From NCBI RefSeq assembly GCF_964204645.1, contig NC_134029.1:24360950-24424949 (forward strand): 64,000 nucleotides of DNA, in the 5' to 3' direction. The notes beneath the pieces were generated by a model. The model saw only the letters and a program-made list of their open reading frames with translations, did not search any database and was not told the origin of the DNA. Positions 35,720 through 50,221 of the stretch are shown piece by piece (within the stretch, counting starts at the first letter, position 1; each line of letters starts with the position of its first letter). The translations under genes and the position numbers were made by a program. The stretch comes from Tubulanus polymorphus (lineage: Eukaryota; Animalia; Nemertea).

Positions 35720-37026
35720 CCGAGTCTTAGATTCCATTGTTTCCGATGTTTCGGCGCAATATTTCTCAATATCGGCCGTTAATACGAATTGCTCACATTC
35801 CCCCGGAGAGAAAACAGACTATAATTCTATTAACGAGAAGAATGCGTTAAGCGAGATGAAAACTCCAGAAAGCTCATTGAATACACCACCCGGGTATAAT
35901 TTAACACTCGATGAAGACAACCGAACTAACAAATCGGTCATTCAATGCATATTATTCCAGATAAAGAGTTCGGTGTTTACGACATCGTTTCGATGCGGGG
36001 AGGTGATTTTCACGCAGTTGATGTCTTCACGGGATTGAGTTACTAGAGATAATAGGATAATTCGGAAGATAATTCATCTATTTAGTGTTTACCGTTCTCC
36101 CGAAACTGAGTACTATATGGTGAGTCAGTGTGATCTAGTTACCAGTGATTACATCGTCGTCATTTACTCAGAAATCGTTCATTTCCTCTTTTTATCGGTG
36201 ATTGTCCATGAATTCGCCGTAAGATCAGTTCAATTAGGTCCTGACCTTGCCTCAGGTGACCTCGATTCAAAGAACCTTACATCGACTCAACTACCAAGGT
36301 GGCGTTGTGCAGTCATGGGTTCAGTCTGGGATCATCTTACGTCCATGGCCAATCTAATTAGATTATAAACCTAGGCTCGAGAGTTCACCACTGCATGGAG
36401 ACAAGAGTTGAACGTGGTGGCTCGTATCGAGACGGCCGTGGCGCTGAACCCAGCCCTGGTAAATCGAACATTGCTACAACGGCAAAAGATTGCTCCGATT
36501 TAAAGGTTCTTTATGTGTCACTAGGTTAGAATCCTAACTCTCCATCAGTTTATTCTTAATTAGGGGATTTTCTGTGTCGGTCATTTTTAAATCATCGTTC
36601 CCAATCTGAATAATGTTAATCACTTTCCCGATAACTCGTGGCTTTAAAACTCCAAACAGACAATAGATGATCGACAAATTTTTCATTAGTTTTTGTTGAT
36701 AGATTGTTGAGATGTGAGAGAGGATGAGTTGAACACCTGTCACCGAGAACAACCAACCAATTATACTACATGTCGACACAAAACAACTTCGATAACTCTC
36801 AACCGACATCTGTTCTAAAATGACGGCTCCACAAATCTGCCAATTTCTCGGAGAATAATATGTACGAAAGAAAACTTAGACGACAGATATATAAACAGGA
36901 AGATGTCCGAATTAAACATTCGATCAACGATACACAATTCGACGGGCACCGATTTAGTTAGAATTTAAGTTCATTTCAACAATTTTATCCCTTGGTGCAA
37001 ATATAAACACAGAACCCAGTACCCTA

Positions 37027-37216
37027 GAACTAGGTCCAGAACTGTGGAACTGGGTCCACAACTTTGGGACTGGCTATAAGACTGTGGAACTGGGTCATGT
37101 ACTGTGGGATTAAGTCACTGTGGAATTGGGTATTGTATTGTGTCCAGAACTGTGGAACTGGGTCACTGTGGAATTTGTTATTGTAATGTGTCCTGATTGG
37201 TTCTGAACTGTGAACT
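37027..37216. repeat. Irregular array of ACTGTGGAACTGGGTC (MITE TIR-like motif)
   Basis: The motif recurs about 8 times with variable spacers. Confidence 0.75.
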
Positions 37217-40200
37217 AATACACGTTCATCTGTTGGTTCCCTCAAAAAATCTAGGATTAAAAAACTGTCAAATATTTCTGGATTCGACGTGTGAATATTA
37301 TCTTCACAGCACCGGTTGACAAATCGATAAAAATCGACCACAGTTTTTACGTATCTCGGAGAGAAAAGGCGCGCACGACGTCGACAGTAAATTGGTTTCG
37401 GTAACGAAGTGACTTCGACTCCACGAGTTGGCTGAATTTGATTGATAAATCGATTGTGGATTATTAGTGATTTAGCAGCGGTTTTCCACTCACTCTCTCT
37501 CTCCCTCTCACTCTCTCTCTCTCCCTCTTCCCTCTCTCCTCTCTCTCTCCCTCTGCCAGTCTCACCGTGTTACCAGCGTAGATTGATCATAGATTCAACA
37601 TCAACCATCAGTAAAAAAACTTCCATTTCGTCTAAATTACGACGGTATCGAAGAACTCCGTCGAAACAGCGACATCGTTAAATGCTTTGTTTATTTCAAC
37701 GGATACTCGTAGAGAGATGACCACTGACTATTGATAAACTAATAAACATCTCAACTTAACGTGAACTAGGTCCAGTTAAAGTATCATAAACCGTACCTAA
37801 CTTCAAACGTGGACCCCATTACACGGCGAACAACTCGGTATTGGTAACATGATAACAAAAATTATGATAGAAAAACCTTATGGAATCATTAAGTCATTAC
37901 TTTGCAACTGGACCCCCAGGTGCCTTGCAGTAATGTGTCAACTTCTGTTGAAAGATTTCAAATATCGATTTACAACCAAAAATAGCTGTAGTCTGTTGTT
38001 AAATGGACGGAATGGTAAAGACTACTGATCCAAGAAATAGACTCTATACACGATAAGTCGGTGCGCGTTTTATATTATAACCGGGTACAATTAGCAGTTT
38101 CGAGTGTCGGCTACTTTCCATACAATACAGAGAAAAAATACGACCGACGCCGAGCTAACAAAACCGGCAAAAGTAGCTGAATAAGTGGCTACAAATATTG
38201 ACGGAAGTCTGGCTGATCTCAATAACTCGTACATGGCTACAAACGACACGCAATCTCTCATTAATGGTTCGTTCTTATTCCACGCTAAATCAATGAATTT
38301 CAACCGTTTCTTAGTTTCTAGTTATCAGGGAAACCTGTATCCATCGAATTAGATTCGATACATTTTAAACTGAATATTGTACAGATTTTTCGAAAGCTAT
38401 TTAGTTAACAGACATGGCTAGGTCCTTGCTCGTCCAAGCAGAGGAGCCCGTCCCGGTTCTCAAAACAAATCAATTCAAGGAAGTCATCTCTGAAGGCGAT
38501 AATTTGTTTCTATTTCCTCAGATTTGATGGCACCCGATACGTCGATGACGCAATACTTCGATTTGCATATTTGACAGTTAACAACTGCGCTAATACTAAT
38601 CATAGCGAGTGAGCCAGTGAACTGTGGTGTGACGTATGTCGCTAATAATGTCCATTATAATCCCATCATCAATTCAAAACCACTATAAACCAGACGAAAT
38701 AAATCCCTGCCACAATGGAGAACTGTATGAGACCACTTTGTAATCTTCAATCGCGCTCAACGTGTGGAGGATAATCGCTTATAATCAATGAGAATCAGTA
38801 TTTCACATACAGCTGTGATCGCCACTTTCTCTTTCTTCACCTCTCTAGTTATTTGCGATCGTTCACAATCTAGTGGTGCGCAGTTTCGAGAATGAACCCT
38901 CGATCAAACAGCGGTTTCGTTGTCGTCCAGTTCTGGAGTTGAAATCAATTCGTAGCCAATAGTTTAGACCAAACTCCTCAGCTCCAGACAATGATTCAAC
39001 TTAAACGGACACATTTACCTAAATATCATTCAAAACTTTTTAATGCTTAACCAACAACTGCGAAATTGATCCTTAGGATCAGATTTATACCGATAACTAC
39101 AGAACTGTTGGATTGCAGGAAGCCCACAATTATTGAAGTATTATTTGATTGTCTGTGTGTGTGAGTGTGTGTGTGTGGGGTCGTGGTTTTTTTCCTAGCT
39201 CGTGAGGCAGAGCAGCTCGCAGTCTATCAGAGTCTCACGATAAATCTCTTCTTAGCGTGTTACTTTTACTTATCGGAATTCTTGATGCCTGAATCTCAGC
39301 GTGTGCGCCTAGATTTATACAGTTACTGGACTTCAAATAAATCAAGCCGTATCAAAGATGTTGGTGATCTTGATAATATTTCAGCTTTTCTGAAAGCAGT
39401 TACACGAAGCAGAACCGAAGCCGTTCGTTCGCCTGCGCCGAGTCTGGTCGAGGACCACGCACCTGACTGATCACCGCAGCGAAATGATCACCACACTGAC
39501 ATCGCATTCGACACGAGAATAACTGAACCAATAAATTGAACACGAAAATCCTCGTGATTTTAAGATGATCAATAATAATTCACGCATTAATCGTAGTAAA
39601 ATGAGCTACACATGATTTCCATTAGGTCGTACCATCGAGCATTTTATCCATTAATGGAGGATTTATGAAAGACGAGAGATGGTGGTATCCTCGTATCGAT
39701 AATTCTGGACGACGATTTATCAAATGGCGTGACTTGAGAATTTCACTTCGAGATCTCGTATCAATTGTTCGTTAATGTAATTTACTTAAAAATCGGCGAG
39801 ATGAAATCCGTAAAAATAATCCGACGATTTTAACGGCGATTTTCACTTCGCTTTAATCGTCTTTAAAGTAATTCATTATAAATTGCAAAATGCATTTCAT
39901 GTAATAAGATCCAAAGCGAAGCCGGATCAAAGTTCGCTTCTGCGAGTAATTTCAATTCATTTAGCTGCTGAGATGAGAAGAATCGAAATGTCTTGTAGGA
40001 ATTCAGTTTATTTCGCCTAATTCATTCGTAGTGTCGACTATTATCATCCATCAAATGTGTGTAAGTGGAACTGACTGTGGAAATATTCGATTGGAATCCT
40101 GTTCCTTTGATCGATATTTTTACGAACGCTCGTTCACTAATGTCAATATAGTTTGCTTATATCGATGACCGAGCTAATTTTCTGCACCAATTCGTCTCCG

Positions 40201-40417
40201 AGTTCTCAGATATTTCTCAATCAGAAATCGAACCCACGGCAGTGACAATACAGCTGCAGTGCATAATGACATTTCAATAATTACACCTCGACTTCTCGAC
40301 TGACGTGTGCTGGTTGTAATAAGCGACCGTTTTACTCTCGTATCTCCAGCGATCGGAGTCAGATTCCATGCGTAACAACACTTCCATTCAGAGAGGACAC
40401 GATCCTAGAGACACCAG

Positions 40418-40555
40418 AGGCTGGTTCCATAGTCAAGACTTAAGTCCAAAAGTGGTCATAAATCTTAAGACTGGTCTTAAGCTGTTAGATAAACTATAGA
40501 ACAAAGATAGTCTTAGACTGGTCCTGAGTCTAAGCCATGACTATGCAACCGGCCC
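40418..40555. mobile_element. MITE of a related family (~138 bp)
   Basis: Imperfect TIRs AGGCTGGTTCCATAGTC...GACTATGCAACCGGCCC with flanks CAG and CCG. Confidence 0.7.
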
Positions 40556-42225
40556 CCGTTCCACGTCCCTTGATTTAAATCAACAGTTAAAACATTGGAA
40601 ATTGATAAGTTTGATTATTTAAGTTTGAGTCAAATCTAGCTCTGAGAACTATAACTCAAAATCCGAACGATGATTGGAATTAGTATTTTCGAATAACCCT
40701 TTTCATTACCAATAAATCGTAGATTTAGAAATTTCCAGCACCGTTCTTCTGAACATATCGATAATTTAATTGAACAATGTTTTGTTGTCGATGACAAAAA
40801 ATATTTCATTTTATTATATGAAATATATGAGATTTTTGATATTTTGGAATGAGATTGGTGGTATTTCTTAAAGGAAAATTCTGGAATCCGCAGTTTCTTA
40901 CGAATCTGAATAAAACTACGGATGCATTTGATTCGAGTCGATTCTACAGTAACGAGTTCACACCGATACAAGATTCGATCACGTGTTCGTATGGTGAGAT
41001 ATGTAAATACGCGTGAACGGTCACTGGTTTTTGAAAAAAAGTTCCACCTTTTGAAAATCCAGATCCTAATCACCTCTATACAGCCTCCATCATCAGACTG
41101 GATACAGGACACGAGAGTGAGACTCGTCGCCGAGCTGAGGCTGATATCCATCTTGACAAGCTTCAAATCGATGTTGAACGGAGAAGTGACGCATTGTTTC
41201 CCGCTGACAGTTTGGCGGAACATGTAAAACTATCGTAGCGCACGAGGCTGATCGAATGATCCTTGACATAATCATCGGTTCATAAAGATTCCTCATTCTG
41301 CACTTAGAATATTAATGTGTCCCCCGCTACTATTTGTGTGAAATATAAGCGAATCACGTCAAAACCTCAGTAAAACATTTCCGCTTTTACATCTCGAATC
41401 ATCGTGTGGTTCAATGGACGGCCATTTCTTCGTTCAAATTTCCATCTTGTTTCAACTCGGGCGCGCGCGCTTCATATCACGTTTATCCGTCGAATCATTT
41501 ACAGGTAAATCAACGCGGAAACTGCTTTAGACAATGAGACTGTGAGTGAAAATAGTAAAGGAATTTATTCAACTAGAGGCATTTTTTTTATTTCGTATCG
41601 ACTCCAAATTTAAATCATATCCGTAACTTGTACGTTTTAATCAGTGGTTCATTGATACGATTACGGAGTCCAATTTCGTGAAATAGTTAAACTAAAACAT
41701 TTGGTGGCTACTTCATGTTTCCAATGTCTTTTCAGTGAGAGTCGAGTATTGTATGAACCGGATTCTATTCAATAAGACTCGTCTTCCTGATGTTTATACC
41801 TGTATATATATATACATGTTTGGTGCAACACGGATAAGTAAAACTCGTCAGCGATTGCCCAGGTTCCCGTGTGATGATGCTCAGTGTATAATACGTGCTG
41901 ATCTGTGTAATTATGTTAGGAGTCTCTATTAACGTGAGGATAAGAAGTGTTGTACAAGTATCGTTGACCTGGCGATTCGAGAGTGATATATCAAATTGTG
42001 ACAAGAATGTCTTCAGCAGACGTTATGTCAGTGACAGAACTCACGAGATTGAAAACGACGTGACACGATATCGGGTGACAAGTTTACCGTATAGAAGTCA
42101 CGTGGGTTCAGTGTCACTACGAGTCAGTACACAACAACTGGTTACTAGCAACGCGTCATTCACAATCACCACATATCAAATGTATACAGTAAAAACAACG
42201 GTCTTAATGCCCGGTATTTCTCGAG

Positions 42226-44198
42226 ACCCAGTCATCCAGTCATCCAGTCATCCAGTCACCCAGTCATCCAGTCGCCCAGCCGCCCACTCATCCAGTCGTC
42301 CAGTCATCCAGTCGCCCAGTCATCCAATCGCCCGGTCACCCAATCACCCAGTCGCCCAGCCGCCCAGCCGCCCAGTCATTCAGTCATCTAGTCGCCCAGC
42401 CGCCCATCCGTCCAGTCACCCAGCCGTCTAGTCACCCAGTCACCCAATCACCCAGTCACCCAGTCATCTAGTCGCCAGGCCGCCCATCCGTTCAGTCGCC
42501 CTGCCGCCTAGTCACCCAGTCGCCCAGTCACCCAGTCACCCAGTCACTCAGTCGCTCAGTCACCCAGTCACCCAGTCACCCAGTCACCCAATCGCCCAGT
42601 CGCCCAGTCACCCAGTCACTCAGTCGCCCAGTCACCCAGTCACCCAGTCATCCAGTTATCTAGTCGCCAGGCCGCCCATCCGTTCAGTCGCCCTGCCGCC
42701 TAGTCACCCAGTCGCCCAGTCACCCAGTCATCTAGTCGCCCAGCCGCTCATCCGTTCAGTCGCCCTGCCGCCTAGTCACTCAGTCGCCCAGTCACCCAGT
42801 CACCCAGTCACCCAGTCGCCCAGTCACCCAGTCACCCAGTCACTCAGTCGCCCAGTCACCCAGTCGCCCAGTCACCCAGTCATCCAGTCATCTAGTCGCC
42901 CAGCCGCCCATCCGTCCAGTCGCCCAGTCGCCCAGTCACTCAGTCGCTCAGTCACCCAGTCACCCAGTCACCCAGTCGCCCAGTCACCCAGTCGCCCAGT
43001 CACCCAGTCACCCAGTCACCCAGTCACCCAGTCGCCCAGTCACTCAGTCGCCCAGTCACCCAGTCGCCCAGTCGCCCAGTCACCCAGTCACCCAGTCACC
43101 CAGTCACCCAGTCACCCAGTCGCCCAGTCACTCAGTCGCCCAGTCACCCAGTCGCCCAGTCGCCCAGTCACCCAGTCGCCCAGTCACTCAGTCAACCAGT
43201 CACCCAGTCATCCAGTCACCCAGTCATCCAGTCGCCCAGCCGCCCAGTCATCCAGTCATCCATACAGCCGCCCAGTCGCCCAGTCACCCAGTCACCCAGT
43301 CACCCAGTCACCCAGTCGCCCAGTCACTCAGTCGCCCAGTCACCCAGTCGCCCAGTCACCCAGTCATCCAGTCATCTAGTCGCCCAGCCGCCCATCCGTT
43401 CAGTCGCCCAGCCGTCTAGTCACCCAGTCACCAAATCGCCCAGTCGCCCAGTCACCCAGTCACCCAGTCATTCAGTTATCTAGTCGCCAGGCCGCCCATC
43501 CGTTCAGTCGCCCTGCCGCCTAGTCGCCCAGTCACCCAGTCATCCAGTCATCTAGTCGCCCAGCCGCCCATCCGTCCAGTCGCCCTGCCGCCTAGTCACC
43601 CAGTCGCCCAGTCACCCAGTCACCCAGTCAACCAGTCATCTAGTCGCCCAGCCGTCCATCCGTTCAGTCGCCCTGCCGCCTAGTCACCCAGTCGCCCAGT
43701 CACCCAGTCACCCAGTCATCCAGTCATCTAGTCGCCCAGCCGCCCATCCGTCCAGTCACCCAGCCGTCTAGTCACCCAGTCACCCAATCGCCCAGTCGCC
43801 CAGTCACCCAGTCACTCAGTCGCCCAGTCACCCAGTCGCCCAGTCACACAGTCACACAGTCACCCAGTCACCCAGCCACCCAGTCGCCCAGTCGCCCAGT
43901 CGCCCAGTCACTCAGTCGCCCAGTCACACAGTCACCCAGTCATCCATCCAGTCGCCCAGCCGCCCACTCATCCAGTCGTCCAGTCATCCAGTCGCCCAGT
44001 CACCCAATCGCCCGGTCACCCAGCCGCCCAGTCATCCAGTCACCCAGTCACCCAATCACCCAGTCGCCCAGCCGCCCAGTCACCCAATCACCCAATCGCC
44101 CAGTCACCCAGTCACCCAATCGCCCAGTCGCCCAGCCACCCAGTCACCCAGCCACACAATCGACCAGTCACCCAGTCGACCAGTCATCGAGTTAGCCA
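42226..44198. repeat. ~2-kb 8-bp satellite (CACCCAGT/CGCCCAGT variants) with higher-order structure
   Basis: 8-bp periodicity throughout. The cassette CATCTAGT-CGCCCAGC-CGCCCATC-CGTTCAGT-CGCCCTGC-CGCCTAGT recurs. Confidence 0.97.
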
Positions 44199-44711
44199 GG
44201 AACCTAGCCCAGGTATCACAAGTGATTTAAGATTTGACTCAGAGTTAACCCATGATTGTGGAACTAATGGTTGTGGTACTTCAGGAAAGGTTGACTGAGA
44301 ACAGGCTTAGATAATACCGAAGCACCTTCCTATCAACCACTGATTGTGATGTAATAATGGCCGCGTGTTTGTTTTATCGCTGATGGATCTGATCATCATT
44401 AAACAACCACCAGATAAACAATCATCAAAGTAGTAATAACAGCAAATTACACGAATAACTGTTGGGAACGGTGGCTGTGAAGAGCGGTGGCTTATGGAAG
44501 AAACATGCGCCATTTTTCTTATCGATGGATTTCGTAATGAACTCATCGTTCAATAATCATCTTCTGTAATTATGTTAGTCTTATCTGAACCTATTTACTT
44601 TTAGTAGATGAGCGAAGTTTGCGCTATAATGACATCTGAATCATATAAAAATCTAACACTAAGAATGAAAATTAGTATATAATCTTTCCCTGAGAGTCCA
44701 CGGATACAAGG

Positions 44712-44968
44712 CCCTATAGATCTCAAGAGAGTACCCATAGCCCACAGAGACTAGTCCCTAAAGAGCCCGATAGAGTACCCACAGCCCACAGAGACTAGTC
44801 CCTATAGAGCCCGATAGAGTACCCACAGCCCACAGAGACTAGTCCCTATAGAGCCCGATAGAGTACCCACAGCCCACAGAGACTAGTCCCTATAGAGCCA
44901 GATAGAGTACCCACAGCCCACAGATAGAGTACCCACAGCCCACAAGAGTACCCACAGCCCACAGAGAG
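44712..44968. repeat. 44-bp minisatellite, ~4 copies plus truncated units
   Basis: ctagtccc recurs at 44-bp spacing (44751, 44795, ...). Confidence 0.93.
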
Positions 44969-46362
44969 CTTCACGAGCCAGTTCGCTGGTTCACGGCTGG
45001 ATAAGAGGATACGATCCGATCAGTGATGCTGGAACGTCACCCGTCAAAAAATATCGATGGTGAAATATGACGTATATTAAGTCGATGAAGCGTGTAGACC
45101 ATTACTTTGTCTGGCCACAGAGGAGATATATGATCCCCGTAGTAAAAAACGGATAGCTCGTGGAACACGATAAACTCGACGTCCAGTAACGACCAAAACA
45201 CAGTGGAAAAAACTCGTGAATTATGACGAATTGATTTACAACGTAGTAAAGAGTCGGTGATGCGTGTTAGCGGCAAATCACTCACCAGCTTTATATCAAT
45301 GAGAAAATAATGTTAGATGCAGGGAGAAAAATATCAGAAAAACATGCTAAAAACTACGATCAATAGTAGACCACGGGCCAGATGCTCTAAAGTGCAACTT
45401 CCCACTGAACTCTAACTAACTTTTGAATAACTGAGGCCAGATTTGATCGTAGTTCCTCGAGAGGGAGGCAACAGGGGGCAGTAAGTTCATTTCCCTACAT
45501 TCAACTGTGGAACTAACTTCAGTTCTCAAGCTCTCGATCGACCCTAAATTACGATCGATCCTAGAGTTGGAGTCAAATCTTAACCGATAAACTCTAGACC
45601 AGGATCCAACCGGGGCATGATAAAACACGTTTCACAATTATCACTGGTATCAAGTGTGATTCAGTGAAAGGAGTCGCGGTTATCAATGAAACATGTATTT
45701 CACCAGAAGTCTATAGAATACGCAACGGATCCCCAGGTGTTGATTAAAACCTAATGCGATAATTATCTGAAGAACGGATCGTTTAAGAATTAAGTTTATG
45801 CCTCCGCGCAAAACCACTCGGGAAATTCCGCATTATAGAATCCGTTTATCGTATTATCAACTGTTTCAATTCCATCCGTAGATGAACTGATGATATACGC
45901 GCCTCCTTGTACTCCACAAGTACATTTTACCGTTATTGTTCTTAGGTGTTTAAGACATCAGGTGTTTAAGAGTGTCCATTTTACACAATCATTGACTACA
46001 GTTTGCTTATCACTGAGATTTATTCATAGAAATAATCATAATTTTCAAAAATTATTTGAATCTCTTTTTGCTCCGTTTTATAATAAATCTTTTGCTCGAA
46101 TACTAGTGTATAATACATTGCTGTCTGGACCTCTTCAGACATCCCGTTGCCTTGACCCTGCGTTCCCTCAGATATTCTTTCAATTTTTGATGTTGCAAAC
46201 TTCATATGTATAATGTGTTCAGCATTTTCAACAGAGACATTTTCAATTGCATAATAAATTAATACCACCAGAAATTAGACATTTAACCATAAACCATCAG
46301 AAGCTTTCGCTAAGACTTAACACTGCAAGAGTGGATGTCTGGAAGATGGGAGTTTAGGCAAG

Positions 46363-46642
46363 GTTGTCTGAGGGGTGGATTGCAGATTGTCTGAGGGGTG
46401 GATTGCAGATTGTCTGAGGTGTGGTCGAGGTTCACAGATTTTCTGAGGGGTGGTCGACGTTTGTAGATTGTCTGAGGTGTGGTCGACGTCTGTAGACTGT
46501 CTGAGGTGTGGTCGACGTTTGTAGATTGTCTGAGGTCTGGTCGACGTTTGTAGATTGTCTGAGGTGTGGTCGACGTTTGTAGATTGTCTGAGGTCTGGTC
46601 GAGGATTGCAGGTTGTCTGAAGTCTGGTCGAGGATTGCAGGT
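46363..46642. repeat. 29-bp minisatellite (TTGTCTGAGGTGTGGTCGACGTTTGTAGA) with shorter 23-bp units at left
   Basis: Direct reading; explains ORFs 46310..46663 and 46317..46649. Confidence 0.93.
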
Positions 46643-48113
46643 GGCGCATATTAATACTATCACTGTTTATGATGCGCAGTTCACAAAAATCCCTAGATTA
46701 TCATCAGACAAGAATGATTTTCAGTTTCAGTTGATAGAAATCAGAGATTTCAGAATAATAGTAATAATATGTATTAGACGAGTCTCGTCCATTAGTGAAA
46801 TGACAGTAGTGAAATTCGGCACCGCGGCATCATTTCGTCTTTACGGTCCATAAACTAACGAGTCAATTCCAGTGGAGGGGATTAAGTAAGTGAACTAACC
46901 CCGGATGGCAGGTTTATAGATGAGAGATGCACGGTTTATCCCATCGGGAAATGGGATTAAACGAGAAGAAATCGTAACCGTGTGTGAACACAACATTCTC
47001 CATAGTTTCTTCAAATCGTGATACAAATAAACTCTCTTATCCCCGAGACGTGTCGTATCCGCCGAATCCGTATCCGCCGAGCGGTAAATAGTAGAAGAAT
47101 TGTTGTCCGGTTTCAGTTCCGCTTTTTATCGGTTAAGATTTTTATTTTTATTGTTAAAACATTGAAATCAATGGATGAGTAAACTTTAAACTAGAAAACC
47201 GTGCATCTCGGTTATTTGCGGTTTCGGAAAATCGTCTTAAAATTAATTTTAGAAAAAGGAGAAATTTGACGTTCTTTTTTATTATCGATCTTATGAAAAT
47301 AAACTTTCGGTAGAAATTCGATATTTTGTAACATCTGTTACATATTAGTTTTTGTTATAGCTGTTGCTAAATAAATTTTTGATAATGGAATATTGAAGCA
47401 TGGTCTTTAGTTTGAGTTGAGTTTTTTTAATTTCTCCGATTAATGGGTGGTTTACAGTTTGATGCCAAGATCCACAGCCTTGCTAGAAAACCTGTATCGA
47501 ACTATAGTTTTCTGTAGTCTGAACTGATCAATTCGTTACCGGCGAGTGTTCGGTGGAAGTTCGAATAGATTCTTGTTGTTTTCGTGTCTAATGTTGCCCC
47601 ATTTTCCCTCGTTTTCATGGATGGAAAAACAAATCCGGAAAAAATAACAAAAGCGAAGAACCTGCTTTCATCGGAATGGCTTAATCCGTTCGCTGAATTC
47701 CCAGTCCGCCGTGCGGGAGTTAGTTCCTTATGGTGTTAATGCTCGAGTGGTTTGATATCTGGGGAATTTTCCGATCACGCGTGCGTCCCAATTGGAATAA
47801 TCGTCCTCCTAGTTCCCCTGACAACAGATAGCTCCCAATATGAAGATTTTGACGAGGTAAATATTTCGATTCGCCGCGAGAAATTCTTTGACAATTTGAC
47901 GGCTATTTTTGTCACCTGAAGCAAAACTGAAACGTAATCCATCTAAATGCAAATACGGGAAAGATGAAAAACATCGAGAACATGACGAAAATAACGACAG
48001 TCGAATCTTTTCTAGTCATATAAAGTATCACTGATCACTTGAAATTGTCTGAGTTTTATCACGAAAACAAGACACGTCTGGTATAGAATAGCAATAAAAT
48101 TCCCATTTTCTGA

Positions 48114-48203
48114 ACCCGACCTGTGCCACTGCAGGTTAGAATTCCACACCCCCGACCTGCACCACTGCGGATTAGAATTCCAAACCCTCTGACCTGTACC
48201 ACT
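48114..48203. repeat. ~36-bp tandem repeat, ~2.5 copies
   Basis: cccgacctg..ccactgc...ttagaattcca is repeated. Confidence 0.8.
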
Positions 48204-48909
48204 CAAAAATCTATCATATCTATCTCTCATTCTTACCGACCATAATTCAGGGCTTGGTTATTTCTTGTTTTCGGTAAGTAAAATATTTTCCACCAACATT
48301 ATGAAATGATACTCGAAGATGTCAATTTCACTGATCCTAATGGAATACTATTACTCTCTGAGAAAAATCTGTCCAAATTTCCAAGGTTAAGAGTTACAAG
48401 TTTTCCAAGACGTACACGCTTTATGAATATCATGAATGATTCATCAACAGAATTCGTCAACAGAATGATGCATTGAAAAAGTATTTCGCCAAACAAAACA
48501 AACATACAATTTATCGGTTATACCATGCTATTTACCTGGTATTTACAGGGTGGGCTTGAGTCTGAAAGTTCAAACTGCTCAAAGCATATTCCCTAATACC
48601 TGTCGCATTCCTTATAGAATCGTGGGCACCGTTGTACGTTCAAGTGGCCTACAATCTTAAGCGACTGGCCTTAATTTGCTAACTAAGAATGGTAATAGAT
48701 TAGACGGGTTTCGAATCCCTCCTCACAAGAAAAACGGGTTTCGAATATAGTCCCCCTCACGAGACAAGTCACTCATGACATCAGAGACATAGTGGGGTAA
48801 CGGTATCTACCCCATAAGGATTTCATTTTGGAAATGAATTCATTTCAACTTAATTCAAACCATAGACTACATAAGGTTTTCAAATCCATCGACAAAATTA
48901 ATCGAGACA

Positions 48910-49056
48910 TGTGGAACTGCGACTGCGGAACTGTGGGACTGTGGTGGAGCTGTTGGACTGTGGAACTGTGGGACTGTGAAGCTGTTGGACTGTGGGGCTG
49001 TGGGACTGTGGAGCTGTTGGACTGTGGGGCTGTGGGGCTGTGGGGCTGTTGGACAG
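48910..49056. repeat. 8-bp degenerate minisatellite (CTGTGGRA/CTGTTGGA/CTGTGGGG)
   Basis: Direct reading. Confidence 0.9.
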
Positions 49057-49620
49057 TGTCCTGTTTTTGGTGAGAATTCACTGAAGATAAAGAAAGCGTT
49101 GCAAGGAGTGCTTGATTTTCATTGATTGCTAACATCGTTCTGGGGAAGCTCCGTAGCCAGCTGTAAAATTATGGCGACGATTTTAGGAAGCTTAAGTTGT
49201 GTAGATTTCATTTACAGGCGGTAATGGACTTGTCCATCTAAATCTGCATCAGATATCAACGGTTCGAGTCGGTTCTTATCAGAATCGAGTGTTTGTGATA
49301 CGCATAGTGACCGCAGTTTGATCTGGTTACCGCGAACAGACAGCTAAACCTCACGGGAATCACTGGCCATCACATCGTAAATTGACGCGTATCAACTGAC
49401 TATTTATATCACATTTCTCCTGGCCAGATCTCGTGCAGGTCTCGTGCAGGTCGCGTGCAGGTCTCGTGTTAAGGTCTTATTCCATTACGATCCCCGACAC
49501 ATATTTCTCCATTAGAGCAATCACCCCCACAACAATTCCATTTCTATTTTACGACGCGCCTTCAAACCAAGAAATGTTTCGAAATTGAGCTCCCACTGCT
49601 GCCAGCAGTCGAACCACCAG

Positions 49621-49774
49621 GGCCCGGTTCCACAGTTCTGAGTTAACTTTGACCCTCGAGTTAACTCTTTCGCTGGGGATATATTTCTTCATTATCCATT
49701 CAATCTGGGGGACATTAAAAATGAACTGATTTTAACTCAGAGTTAACTTTAACTCACAACTGTGGAACCGGGCC
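49621..49774. mobile_element. MITE, PIF/Harbinger-type, 154 bp
   Basis: Perfect 17-bp TIR GGCCCGGTTCCACAGTT...AACTGTGGAACCGGGCC, extending imperfectly to ~44 bp. Flanked on both sides by CAG (3-bp TSD). Confidence 0.85.
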
Positions 49775-50064
49775 CAGTAGCCTAGAATAGAGACATTTAC
49801 AGCTGGTTCCACAGCTGTATCATATAGAGTTTACCCTTGAACACGATTGAAACAAACAAGTTGTCTCAGGTCAACTGTAAAGACCTGTTTTTTCGGGTCA
49901 TGTCGTTTGTCACGATTATTTCCGTAATCATCAGACATCAGACATCAGACATCAGATATACAAACTCTTTTATATCGATTGCGAAGATATTTTTGAATTT
50001 TGTTTATATTTTTAGAGTCGTTCAATAAAATGCTTATTACAGAGTATTTGGCTTATACGAGTTA

Positions 50065-50221
<157 letters not shown>

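Noticed and set aside
40636-41296. 195-aa minus-strand ORF and overlapping ORFs
   Set aside because: No recognisable motifs, composition is like random AT-rich DNA, and there is no exon partner.
44712-46642. CRISPR-like appearance of the 28-44-bp repeats (also 30019-30124, 33164-33266, 51645-51781)
   Set aside because: Units are head-to-tail without unique spacers, there are no cas genes, and the context is a spliced eukaryotic locus.
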